From assembly GCA_963977015.1 (NCBI GenBank), contig CAXBMO010000004.1:256001-320000 (forward strand): DNA of 64,000 nt. Direction: 5' to 3'. The notes under the pieces were generated by a model. That model was not told the origin of the DNA. It did not search any database and saw nothing but the letters and a program-made list of their open reading frames with translations. Position 1 is the first letter of the stretch; each line of letters starts with the position of its first letter. Positions 27,357 to 36,664 of this stretch are shown here, piece after piece. This DNA is from an uncultured bacterium (GTDB lineage: Bacteria > Verrucomicrobiota > Verrucomicrobiia > Verrucomicrobiales > DEV007). The translations under genes and the position numbers were made by a program.

Positions 27357-30145
27357 CAGGCAGTCGCCGGTCCAGCCACTTTCGCGGCTTCCGCATCCAT
27401 GACTTCGCGGCGCAAATTGAGTTTGCGGGTCCGCGCCCACCAAAGGACGATGGGCGATGCAACGAAGAGGGAGGAGTAGGTTCCGATCAGGACACCGATG
27501 ATCAGCGTGAGCGCGAAATCATTCAGCGAAGGCCCGCCAAAGACGAAGAGCGTGCCCACGACGATCAAGGTCGTGATACTGGTCAAAATCGTCCGGCTCA
27601 ACGTGGCATTGAGGCAGAAGTTCATCACGTCCTTGATGTCGCCACGTTTGGTTCGCAAACCTTCCCGCAATCGGTCGAACACCACAATGGTGTCGTTGAT
27701 CGAGTAACCCGCGATTGTGAGCAAAGCGCCCACCGTGATCAGGTTGATTTCATGACCAAAGAAGATCACGAGACCAAGGGTGATGGTTAAATCGTGAATC
27801 ACGGCGACGATGGCACCGAGCGCGAAGGCCATCGATTCGAATCGGAAGCTGACATACAGCATGATCCCAACCAAGCCGAGAGCCAATGCGAGGATGGACG
27901 ACTTGAGCATCTCGTTTCCGACATTGGAGCCAACGGATTCGAGCGAGGTGTCCTCAAGAGGCATTTGCAACGCTTCCCGCAGATGATCGCGGGCAAGATC
28001 GCCTTGTTTTTCCGGAACGCGGATGGTGTAGAACACCGTCTCGGTTCCTTGAGGCTTCTGCTCCTGAACCTGCGGTTCACCTCCCAGATCGACCGAACGC
28101 AGCGCATCCTGGATTTTGGGGACGGAAAGATCTTCCGAAGATTGAATGGTGAGCAAGTCACCGCCGCGCAACCCCACTCCCAGAGCGGAATCCTGTTTCA
28201 CCCAGAGGAGCGAAATCGCTCCGATGACCAAGATAATGGAGATCATCGCGGCCTTGCGTCGCTTGCCGAGGAAGTCAATGCTGCGCTCCTTCACCAACTG
28301 CCAGAGGCTGATGTTTTTGAGGATGCCTGCGTCCATGAGCCAACCGAAGCAAACCCGGGTCACCAGCAATGAGGTAAAGAGCGAACCAAACACCCCGATC
28401 ATGAGGGTAATCGCGAAACCCTTGATGGTTCCGGTCGCGAACCAGAGCAAAATCGCCGCAGCAATCAGCGTGGTGATGTTGGCATCGAAAATCGCGGAAA
28501 ACGCCTTCCCATAAGCCGCGTCAAGCGCCGCCTTGAACGACTTCCCGGCCTTTTGCTCCTCTCGCAGTCGTTCGTAAATGAGGACGTTCGCATCGATCGC
28601 GATACCAATGGTCAGAATAATTCCGGCAATACCCGGCATCGTCATGACGAACTGGAACATCGACATGATGCCAAAAATGATGACGACGTTGAGCGCCAGA
28701 CCAATGGTCGCGACCAAGCCGGCAAAGTTGTAGTAAACCAGCACGAAAAGCAGCGTGATGGCCAAACCAGCAATCCCCGCATACATTCCCTGACGAATCG
28801 TGTCCTCACCCATCGCCGGGCTCACGCTCGACTCCGACTCGATCTTGATCGGGTTCTGGAGCGGGTTCTTCAGCTTGGTGGCCAAGGTGAGCGCTTCGTG
28901 TTGATCGAAACTTCCCGTGATCATGAAGTTTGCGCCAAACACCCCGTTGATGGATGGAGCCATGATGACCTCGCGATCGACGAGAATCGCCATCCGTTTG
29001 CCCACATTTTCCTTGGTGAGGTTCCGCATTTTGCCGTCGGCCTCCCCTTTCAACTCGACGTTGATCTGGAATCCGCCCGGCGCATAACTCACGCCGGCGT
29101 TATTGATCAACTCGCCACCGATTGGCGCCCGCAATTGGACGATCTCGGCTTGTTCAGAAATCTTCTCGCGTGCTTCAGCAATGGCGCGGTCAAGCTTGGC
29201 AAGCAGGCGGGTCCGCAATCCGTTTTCGTCGCCTTCAGCTTCGATCAACGCCACCAGCGCCTTCTTCTCTTCCAGCTTTCGCTCGAGAGACGCCGTTCCG
29301 TAGGGCTCGACCAGCTCATATCCGGGAAAGACCTTTCCTTCACGCGCTTGACTCACCAGAAACGCTGAGGAGGACTGGCCATTGGGATGAACCAGGGCCA
29401 ATTCCAGTTTCGCGGTTTCCTCCAGCTTGCTCCGGATGAGATCGCGTTCTTCCTCGCTGATCCCCGGCATCTGCAACAAAATACGATTCGTGCCTTGGGG
29501 AGACATCGTCAAATCGGTGACCCCGCCTTCGTCGAGACGGCGCTGCAGCGTCGCCATGACGTCCTGAACCGCCTGTTCATCGATCTCCTTCTCGCCATCA
29601 CTCTGGATCTCGAGGATGAACTGGGTTCCCCCCTGAAGATCAATCCCTTTCGGCATGGGGAAATTGAGAAAGAAAAAGAGCGTAAACGCTGCAACACCCA
29701 GGGTGAGAGCGGTGCCGACAATCCGGCGTTTCACGACTTTCTCGATCGCGAAGTAGGCCACAAACAAGCCAAACAATCCCAGTCCGATCCAGAAAATCAT
29801 CATCGGGTTGATCGCGTGCGCAACCTCTTCAATCGGCGCCGCGACTTCCGGAATGGAACCTTCCGGAGCAGCGCTAACCACCGTTTCGCGCGCTTCACCG
29901 GCGACTTCCGCCGCAGCGTCTTGCGTTTGCGCAACGGCTTCCTTGGCTGCCTCAGCGGTCTCGGTCGCCGCTGCCGCGCCAGCTTCCGCCGCGTCCTTGG
30001 CAACGTCTTTCACCGCTTCGGCTGCTTCCGCAACAGCCCCGCCCGCATCGGCAGCGGCTTGACCAGCTTGAGCGACGGCATCACCTGCCGCCTCGGTAAT
30101 TTGCTGAGTGAAGGCGAATGCCTGAGTCAGAATTTCAAAGTCCAT
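27356..30145 (-). CDS. secDF: protein translocase SecDF fusion
   Basis: Motifs GIDLQGG, GIAIDANVLIYER, IFDANITT, GYSINDTIVVFDR, TLSRTILTS and GTYSS. Confidence 0.96.
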   Translation of the reverse strand: MDFEILTQAFAFTQQITEAAGDAVAQAGQAAADAGGAVAEAAEAVKDVAKDAAEAGAAAATETAEAAKEAVAQTQDAAAEVAGEARETVVSAAPEGSIPEVAAPIEEVAHAINPMMIFWIGLGLFGLFVAYFAIEKVVKRRIVGTALTLGVAAFTLFFFLNFPMPKGIDLQGGTQFILEIQSDGEKEIDEQAVQDVMATLQRRLDEGGVTDLTMSPQGTNRILLQMPGISEEERDLIRSKLEETAKLELALVHPNGQSSSAFLVSQAREGKVFPGYELVEPYGTASLERKLEEKKALVALIEAEGDENGLRTRLLAKLDRAIAEAREKISEQAEIVQLRAPIGGELINNAGVSYAPGGFQINVELKGEADGKMRNLTKENVGKRMAILVDREVIMAPSINGVFGANFMITGSFDQHEALTLATKLKNPLQNPIKIESESSVSPAMGEDTIRQGMYAGIAGLAITLLFVLVYYNFAGLVATIGLALNVVIIFGIMSMFQFVMTMPGIAGIILTIGIAIDANVLIYERLREEQKAGKSFKAALDAAYGKAFSAIFDANITTLIAAAILLWFATGTIKGFAITLMIGVFGSLFTSLLVTRVCFGWLMDAGILKNISLWQLVKERSIDFLGKRRKAAMISIILVIGAISLLWVKQDSALGVGLRGGDLLTIQSSEDLSVPKIQDALRSVDLGGEPQVQEQKPQGTETVFYTIRVPEKQGDLARDHLREALQMPLEDTSLESVGSNVGNEMLKSSILALALGLVGIMLYVSFRFESMAFALGAIVAVIHDLTITLGLVIFFGHEINLITVGALLTIAGYSINDTIVVFDRLREGLRTKRGDIKDVMNFCLNATLSRTILTSITTLIVVGTLFVFGGPSLNDFALTLIIGVLIGTYSSLFVASPIVLWWARTRKLNLRREVMDAEAAKVAGPATA

Positions 30146-30180
30146 GATCTAGGGATTTAACGGGATTCGAAAAACGGCGA

Positions 30181-30597
30181 TTAGCTCGCTCGCAGCTTGA
30201 CCTCTTCGTCCTGAGGCTCGTCGTCCCCGCCATCTCCTCCGTCATCGTCTGAGCTGGCGTCACCTTTGCCGATCACCGTGGCGATGCTCGACTTGTCGAA
30301 CTTCATCTTCACGCCCTCGGCAACTTTTACGGTGACGGTTCCCTTGGCGTCGTTCTTATTGGCGACGATTCCATGAATTCCACCCGCGCTGATGACGCTG
30401 TCACCAACTTTCATTGAGCTGAGCTGGGCCTCCAACTTTTTGCGGCGTTGATTGTTGGGGCGCAGGATGAGGAAGTACATTAAACCGAACATCAACAGCA
30501 TGGGGACAAGCAAGCTGCCGATTCCTCCAGACGGTGGCGGAGTAGCTGGTGCTTCTTGGGCGACGAACAAAAGATCTGAAAGATCGAAAAGAGACAT
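30181..30597 (-). CDS. yajC: preprotein translocase subunit YajC
   Basis: TM plus YFLILRP and GDSVISAGGIHG. It lies between tgt and secDF. Confidence 0.93.
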   Translation of the reverse strand: MSLFDLSDLLFVAQEAPATPPPSGGIGSLLVPMLLMFGLMYFLILRPNNQRRKKLEAQLSSMKVGDSVISAGGIHGIVANKNDAKGTVTVKVAEGVKMKFDKSSIATVIGKGDASSDDDGGDGGDDEPQDEEVKLRAS

Positions 30598-30607
30598 TTT
30601 ATAGGGA

Positions 30608-31741
30608 CTATGAAGGTTGTGATTTCTCTTGCCCAGCACGATAACGAGCCACGAATTCCTTCCGGAACCGAGCAAAAGAGCCGTCCTCGATAACACACCT
30701 GATCCGACTCATCAAGCTGAGATAAAAATGGAGGTTGTGGAGCGTTAAGAGCCTCATTCCCAGGATTTCGCCCTGAGTGACCAAATGCCGGATGTATCCG
30801 CGACTGAATCCGGCACAAAGTGGGTGCGTATTGGGCGAGATCGGCTGGTCATCCAGCTCGAAACGCTTGTTGTTGAAATTGAGCGTTCCGTCCTCGGTGT
30901 ACGCCGTTCCATGCCGGGCCACCCGGGTCGGCAACACGCAGTCAAACATATCGACGCCGCGCGCCACCATCTCGACCAATTGATCCGGCTGACCGAGCCC
31001 CATCGCGTAACGCGGCCGGTCGGCCGGGAGAAACGGAACCGAATGCTCGACCGCACGCATCATCTCGTTCTCGGGTTCGCCGACGCTAACTCCGCCGATC
31101 GCGTAGCCATGAAAATCGAGCTCCACCAGCTTCTTCGCGCTTTCTTCCCGCAGATCCGCAAACGTCGATCCCTGCACAATCGCAAAAAGCTGTTGGCGAG
31201 CCGGGTCCGCGTGCTCATCGAACCAGCGCCGGCAGCGCGTTTCCCAGTTCAGCGTCAGGTCCAAGCTCTTCGCCGCGTAATCGCGCTCGCAGGGATAAGG
31301 CGGACATTCGTCAAACGCCATCACGATGTCGCTCCCCAAGTCTGACTGAATCTCCATCGATTTTTCCGGGCTCAAAAACATCGGCGAACCATCGAGGTGA
31401 CTCTGAAATCGAACCCCGTCCTGCTCGATCTTTCGCAATTTCGCCAAACTCCAAACCTGAAACCCACCGCTATCGGTCAAAATCGGCCGATCCCAGTTCA
31501 TGAATCCGTGCAACCCGCCGAACTTCTTCACGACCTCCGGACCGGGTCGCAGCCAGAGGTGATAGGTGTTGCCGAGAATGATCTGCGCCTCCAGCTCAAC
31601 CAACTCCGCCGGGCTCACGGCCTTGACCGACGCCCGCGTGCCCACCGGCATGAAGATCGGGGTCTGGATTTCGCCGTGTGCCGTCGTCAAGCGACCGCGG
31701 CGAGCCTGGGTTTCGGAATCGGTTTGAAGTAGTTCGAACAT
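30608..31741 (-). CDS. tgt: tRNA-guanine transglycosylase
   Basis: Motifs TPIFMPVGT, LGNTYHL, TDSGGFQV, DMFDCVLPTR and HNL. Confidence 0.97.
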   Translation of the reverse strand: MFELLQTDSETQARRGRLTTAHGEIQTPIFMPVGTRASVKAVSPAELVELEAQIILGNTYHLWLRPGPEVVKKFGGLHGFMNWDRPILTDSGGFQVWSLAKLRKIEQDGVRFQSHLDGSPMFLSPEKSMEIQSDLGSDIVMAFDECPPYPCERDYAAKSLDLTLNWETRCRRWFDEHADPARQQLFAIVQGSTFADLREESAKKLVELDFHGYAIGGVSVGEPENEMMRAVEHSVPFLPADRPRYAMGLGQPDQLVEMVARGVDMFDCVLPTRVARHGTAYTEDGTLNFNNKRFELDDQPISPNTHPLCAGFSRGYIRHLVTQGEILGMRLLTLHNLHFYLSLMSRIRCVIEDGSFARFRKEFVARYRAGQEKSQPS

Positions 31742-31798
31742 GGCAACAAAGAGAGCCGCAACCTCTCCCGGCTTCCTGCGACGAAGTCAACGCAAGAA

Positions 31799-34700
31799 CT
31801 ACTTCAGCGTCGCCAGGTACGCCACAACGTCCCGAAGTTCCCGCTTGCTCAGCAACGCCATCATCGGTGGCATCAGGCTGATGGGTGGCGTTTGGGTCGC
31901 GATATCGGCCTTGTTGACGTTGTCGGTCTTCTTTCCGTCCGCGCTGCGGATTTCGAGCTGCTTTTCGGTTTCCTTGCGAAGTTGACCGGAAACGGTTTTG
32001 CCATCGTTCAGCGTGACGGAAATCATGCCGTATCCTTCAGCGATCACCGCCGACGGCAGAACGAGCGCCTCGAGCAGATAACGCGGCTCCTGTTCTCCAA
32101 TCGCCTTCAAATTTGGCCCGATCACGCTTCCGGCACCATCTTTGACCTTGTGGCAGCGGATGCACTGCGCGGCGATGTGGTTCATGAAGAGATCCCTGCC
32201 GGCGCTGACATCGCCACCATCGAGACATTCGATCCAGGGCGAAAGCGGGTCGTCGGCATCGCGGGGATAACCGGCCTCGATCCCGCGTGCGGCGGCGGCC
32301 TCCAACAACTCGATGTGCATCGCGATCTCAACGCCATCCTGATGAAACCGGCCGATCCACTCGTTGAGCACGGCATCGGCGGCTTCGGTTTCGAGGCTGG
32401 TCAGCGTCTGAATCGCCGCCTGACGCTCGGTGACGGACGGAGCGTCATCGAGACGAAGCCGAAGATACTCAGCCGCACGGTCGGCATCAGATTTCGCGAG
32501 AAACTGACTTCCACGAATCCGCAATTTTTCGGCGTCCGACTTCAGGGCGAAATCGATCGCCACGGCCGACTCCAGATTCTCCAGAGCCACAACGCGGAGT
32601 GAGTCGGGAGCTTTCGAGTTTTCCAGAACGGCGAACAGCGCTTCCGGCTCGAGCTGGATTCCGAGACTCCTTGTCAATTCGAGCGTCTTCTCGACCAACG
32701 CCGGGTTGTCTTCGGAGAGTAAGCTTTTGAGCCCCACCTCTTGAATCGCGGCGGCGATCGGCCCTTTCTCGCGCTTGCCCAACACCCGGCGACGGCCTTC
32801 GACGCGATCCAGGACCGGCGGGTTCGTCCAAATCGCGAGGGTTTCGAGGGCGTGCACCCGCATCGCCGGCAGGACTTCGTCCGGATTCGTATTGAGAGCA
32901 TACTTCAGCACGCGGGCGGCGTGCTCCGGAGAACCCAGGCGGAGGTTCGCGTTGATGGCGCGGCGGATCAAGGCCTCGCCACGCATTGGAGGCTCGTCCA
33001 AAACCTTGGCAAGAGCAGGGAGTGCCTCGGGAATCCCGGCGTCGTCATGGATCGCGCGGGCGGCTTCATCGATGGTATTGCTGTGGAGTGCGTAAAGAAA
33101 GTCCGCAACCAGCGGTGATTTCTGGCGTCGCAACGCGAGAGCAGCCGTGGTGTGAACCAAATCAAAATCGTGATGATAGAGTTCCGCGAGTTGTTCCGGC
33201 TCAGCACAAGCGGCCAACCCCATGGAGACCGCATGAACGAGATAGGATTCATCCGCAGCGACCGCGCTAACGCGATTGATGACCTCGACAAGTGGCTCAA
33301 CCGCATCTGGTGTTGATTGACTGGCCAGGGCAATCGCCGCATGCATCTGGAGGCGCCGAGAATCCGAAGCCAACAAGGGAAGCAACGCCTTTCCCGAGGT
33401 CGATCCCGTCGGCAAATCTCCAATCGTCTTTGCCGCTTGAACCTGGATCTCCAATTCGGAATCGGCGAGGAGACTGGTAAGTTTCGCCACGGAATTCGAA
33501 TCCCCGGCCCTGGCCAACTGCCCAAGACCCCAGACCGCGTGAACGCGAGCCAAGGTTTGATCCATCCCGGACAACGCAGCATCGAAGAGCTCGCGCTGGT
33601 TCCGTTTTACGATTTCAAACTGCGCTTTGAGCCGAACCCGTTGATCCGGATGATGAAGCAATCTGCCCAACTCCGGTTCCGGAATGGAGGCGGCTTCCTT
33701 CTTCAACAGGGACTGGGTTTCGGTCCTGGCCGGGTCCGGATTCGCAACATCGATCTTCCAGACAGCGCCCGTCTGGTTCAGAGGATAGCCGTTCGCCCAA
33801 TCCGCCGCATAAATCGCGCCGTCCGGTCCAAAGTTCCAGCCGATCAAGGCCTTGCCCGCGCCCACCTGGCGGGAGTTGACCATCGCAAAGCTCGCCCCCA
33901 CCGGCTCCACCTGAAACGCCCACTGCACACCTTTCGGTGCCTCGGTCATGAAGTATGTCCGCTCCCACCCCGGGCCAAGCGCCGTGCCCGGATTGTAGAT
34001 GAATCCGCAAGGCCCATCCTTGTAGTTGCAGATGGGCGCAACCGTGTAGTAAGGCCGGTTGACGAATCCATTCACAACCTCGGCCGGCTTCCACAGATTC
34101 TCCGCCATCCACGGATTGTAGCCGTTCCCGCGATATTGATAGTTGCAGCGCCAACCAGCATCCGAGCCTTTCACGATATAGACGAAACGCTCCATCTCGC
34201 CGGGCTTATCCGAGTCGTTATCGACCCCGAAGATGTTGCCGTATTCGTCGAACGCGATTTCCTGAACGTTGCGCAATCCGTGGGCAAACACCTCGTAATC
34301 GCTTCCATCCGGATTGCAGCGCATCAATCCACCCTGGTTGGGATATCCCGGCAGGCCCTTGTCGCCGACCGTCCAGTAAATCTTGCCATCCGGCCCAACC
34401 GTGAGCCCATGCATGTCGTGCCCCGCATAGGCAACGTGCATGCCGAATCCCGTCGCCATGACCTCACGAGAGTCCGCCATCCCATCACCGTCGGTATCCT
34501 TTAACCGCCAGACGTCCGGAGCGATCGTCGAGAACACCGAGCCTTCGTGCCAAAGCACTCCCGCCGCGATCCCCGTCACCTCGGTTTGAAAATCGTCGGC
34601 AAACACCTGGATCTTGTCGGCTGTCCCATCGCCATCGGTATCTTCAACCAAATGAATCTTTTCGCTGAGAACGGTCAGGTCCCGCCAATCGTGGGAGCCG

Positions 34701-35047
34701 TCTCCATTGAGATCCTCGATCCGGTTCTTGTTCTTCTCCGAGCGTTCCGGCGCAAGTCGCTCGTGATAAAACGCCCGCTTGTCATCGATGCTGGTGAAAC
34801 CGACTTCATCCTCGATCCAATCGCTGTTCTTGCGAATATCGAGATCCTGGATCTTGCGGCGCTGCGTCTGCGTAACGTAGACCCGCCCTTCGTCGTCGAG
34901 ACTCACCGCCACGGGGTCGGGCACATTCACGTCACCGCTCCATTTGTGGAAGTTCAATTCGTTGGATTCAGCCGATTCCTGACCCAGGCAGGGCCCGAGG
35001 ATCGCGGCACAGAGACTTACGAGAAGGGGTAATCGAAGTTGGGGCAC
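31799..35047 (-). CDS. PVC-type membrane-bound dehydrogenase-like protein with HEAT repeats and C-terminal c-type heme domain
   Basis: Signal peptide, beta-propeller (EDTDGDGTADK, GPDGKIY, GLRN), HEAT repeats, CIRCH, GPNL and SLMP. Confidence 0.9.
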   Translation of the reverse strand: MPQLRLPLLVSLCAAILGPCLGQESAESNELNFHKWSGDVNVPDPVAVSLDDEGRVYVTQTQRRKIQDLDIRKNSDWIEDEVGFTSIDDKRAFYHERLAPERSEKNKNRIEDLNGDGSHDWRDLTVLSEKIHLVEDTDGDGTADKIQVFADDFQTEVTGIAAGVLWHEGSVFSTIAPDVWRLKDTDGDGMADSREVMATGFGMHVAYAGHDMHGLTVGPDGKIYWTVGDKGLPGYPNQGGLMRCNPDGSDYEVFAHGLRNVQEIAFDEYGNIFGVDNDSDKPGEMERFVYIVKGSDAGWRCNYQYRGNGYNPWMAENLWKPAEVVNGFVNRPYYTVAPICNYKDGPCGFIYNPGTALGPGWERTYFMTEAPKGVQWAFQVEPVGASFAMVNSRQVGAGKALIGWNFGPDGAIYAADWANGYPLNQTGAVWKIDVANPDPARTETQSLLKKEAASIPEPELGRLLHHPDQRVRLKAQFEIVKRNQRELFDAALSGMDQTLARVHAVWGLGQLARAGDSNSVAKLTSLLADSELEIQVQAAKTIGDLPTGSTSGKALLPLLASDSRRLQMHAAIALASQSTPDAVEPLVEVINRVSAVAADESYLVHAVSMGLAACAEPEQLAELYHHDFDLVHTTAALALRRQKSPLVADFLYALHSNTIDEAARAIHDDAGIPEALPALAKVLDEPPMRGEALIRRAINANLRLGSPEHAARVLKYALNTNPDEVLPAMRVHALETLAIWTNPPVLDRVEGRRRVLGKREKGPIAAAIQEVGLKSLLSEDNPALVEKTLELTRSLGIQLEPEALFAVLENSKAPDSLRVVALENLESAVAIDFALKSDAEKLRIRGSQFLAKSDADRAAEYLRLRLDDAPSVTERQAAIQTLTSLETEAADAVLNEWIGRFHQDGVEIAMHIELLEAAAARGIEAGYPRDADDPLSPWIECLDGGDVSAGRDLFMNHIAAQCIRCHKVKDGAGSVIGPNLKAIGEQEPRYLLEALVLPSAVIAEGYGMISVTLNDGKTVSGQLRKETEKQLEIRSADGKKTDNVNKADIATQTPPISLMPPMMALLSKRELRDVVAYLATLK

Positions 35048-35166
35048 GTTCCACGATTAGACTGTCGATTCCAACTTGTCACGAGCGAATCCGGCAGGGA
35101 ACCGGCAAACTGCGGGACGTCATCTTGCCACTTGCATCTCACCCTCCCCTCTTCTTGGTGGCAGTC

Positions 35167-35769
35167 ATGAAAACCCCAATTGCTATCTCCCTCCTCTGCA
35201 TTGCCTGGCTCGGACTCGCCACCGCCGAACCCGAAACGAAGCCGATTTTCAGCGGAACAGACTTCACCGGCTGGAAGGTGCCCAAGGGAAACGCGGAGAA
35301 AAACTGGTATCAGGCCGTTGATGGCGAACTGCACATCCAGAGCGGCCCGGACAAGAAAGGCTCCATTCTCTGGACGGAGAACTCCTTCAAAGACTTTGTC
35401 GTCGAACTGGAATTCAAATTCGGCGAAGGCACGATCGATTCCGGCGTCCATCTCCGCAACATGGACCAAATCCAGATCGGCATCTCCGGCTCTCTCAAGC
35501 GTGACATGACCGCATCCCCCTACATCCCCGGCAAAGGCTACCCCGTCGAAGCCGAAGGCGTCGCGGAATTGCTCAAGCTCGATGACTGGAACGCGATGAA
35601 AATCCAAGCCATTGGCAAGCAATACACGGTTTGGCTCAACGGAAAACAGGTGATGACCTACGAGTCTGACACCGCGATTGAAGAAGGCCCAATCGGCCTC
35701 CAGCTCCACGGCGGCAAGGACATGGCGATTACCTTTCGTTCGATTCGCCTTGCGGAGTTGAAAGGTTAG
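35167..35769 (+). CDS. DUF1080 (3-keto-disaccharide hydrolase-like) protein
   Basis: Signal peptide and motifs FSGTDFTGW, DSGV, WN, NG, GPIGLQLH and FRSIR. Confidence 0.9.
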   Translation: MKTPIAISLLCIAWLGLATAEPETKPIFSGTDFTGWKVPKGNAEKNWYQAVDGELHIQSGPDKKGSILWTENSFKDFVVELEFKFGEGTIDSGVHLRNMDQIQIGISGSLKRDMTASPYIPGKGYPVEAEGVAELLKLDDWNAMKIQAIGKQYTVWLNGKQVMTYESDTAIEEGPIGLQLHGGKDMAITFRSIRLAELKG

Positions 35770-36599
35770 TTGCTCAACGCAACATCGCCCTCCGTCTCAT
35801 TCGGTCGGTGCGTCAGGCGACCCTTCGCATTCGAAATGGTTTCAAACCCCATGGCTTTGAAGACCGATTGCCCTTTCTCGGGTGCGGCGAGATAGCGCGC
35901 AAACTTCAACGCTTCGGCGGGTTGTTTGCTGGCGGTCAAGACGGTGACGCTGACGTTGTCCGTTTCCGCGTCGAACTCGGGAATCCGAATGGCCTCCAAT
36001 CCTTTGAACTGGGGAATGGTGGAGTTCCAGATGACGGCGACGTCAACGGCTCCGACTTTGAGGTCTGCTGCGATCTCGGTGACTGTTGGCTTCATCACGG
36101 CGACTTTGCCGGCCAAGGCCGCCCACTCATCCCCCAATCCACGCTTGGTTGCCTTTCCGATGCTGGTCGCCTCCGGGTTTCCAACCGCGACACGGATGTC
36201 TTCACGCAACAAATCGTGAAGCGTGGCAACTCCTTTGGGGTTGCCACTGGCGACGGCCATGACCGGATATTGTCGCGCCAGGGGAATGACTTCAACGACC
36301 GCTCCCGAGTCTCTGGCTGACTGCACGGCGGAATCGTCTGCGGCGATGAAGAGATCGCCTTGATTGGAGATTTGCACTTGGCTGAGCAGGGTTCCAGTCC
36401 CGCCAAACTGCAGTTGAACTTCGACTCCGTATTCTTCCAAATATTGATGGGCAATCGCGACGGCAGGCTTCTGGATTCCCGCAGCGCAAAACACCATCAG
36501 CCTGGTCCCAGACTCGGAGGTTCCCTTGCGGTGAAAAATCTGGATCGCGAAAATCCCGACCGCCAGCACCACCATCAACGAGGCCACAATTTTCACCAT
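35766..36599 (-). CDS. modA: molybdate ABC transporter substrate-binding protein
   Basis: Motifs CAAGI, FGGTGTLLSQ, DLFIAAD, GNPKG and GNPEATSIG. Confidence 0.8.
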   Translation of the reverse strand: MVKIVASLMVVLAVGIFAIQIFHRKGTSESGTRLMVFCAAGIQKPAVAIAHQYLEEYGVEVQLQFGGTGTLLSQVQISNQGDLFIAADDSAVQSARDSGAVVEVIPLARQYPVMAVASGNPKGVATLHDLLREDIRVAVGNPEATSIGKATKRGLGDEWAALAGKVAVMKPTVTEIAADLKVGAVDVAVIWNSTIPQFKGLEAIRIPEFDAETDNVSVTVLTASKQPAEALKFARYLAAPEKGQSVFKAMGFETISNAKGRLTHRPNETEGDVALSN

Positions 36600-36664
36600 G
36601 AAGACGTTTTGGGGTTTGTTCGACGGCGTCGAAACCAATCGCGCAAACCCGTCAATTCAACCAC

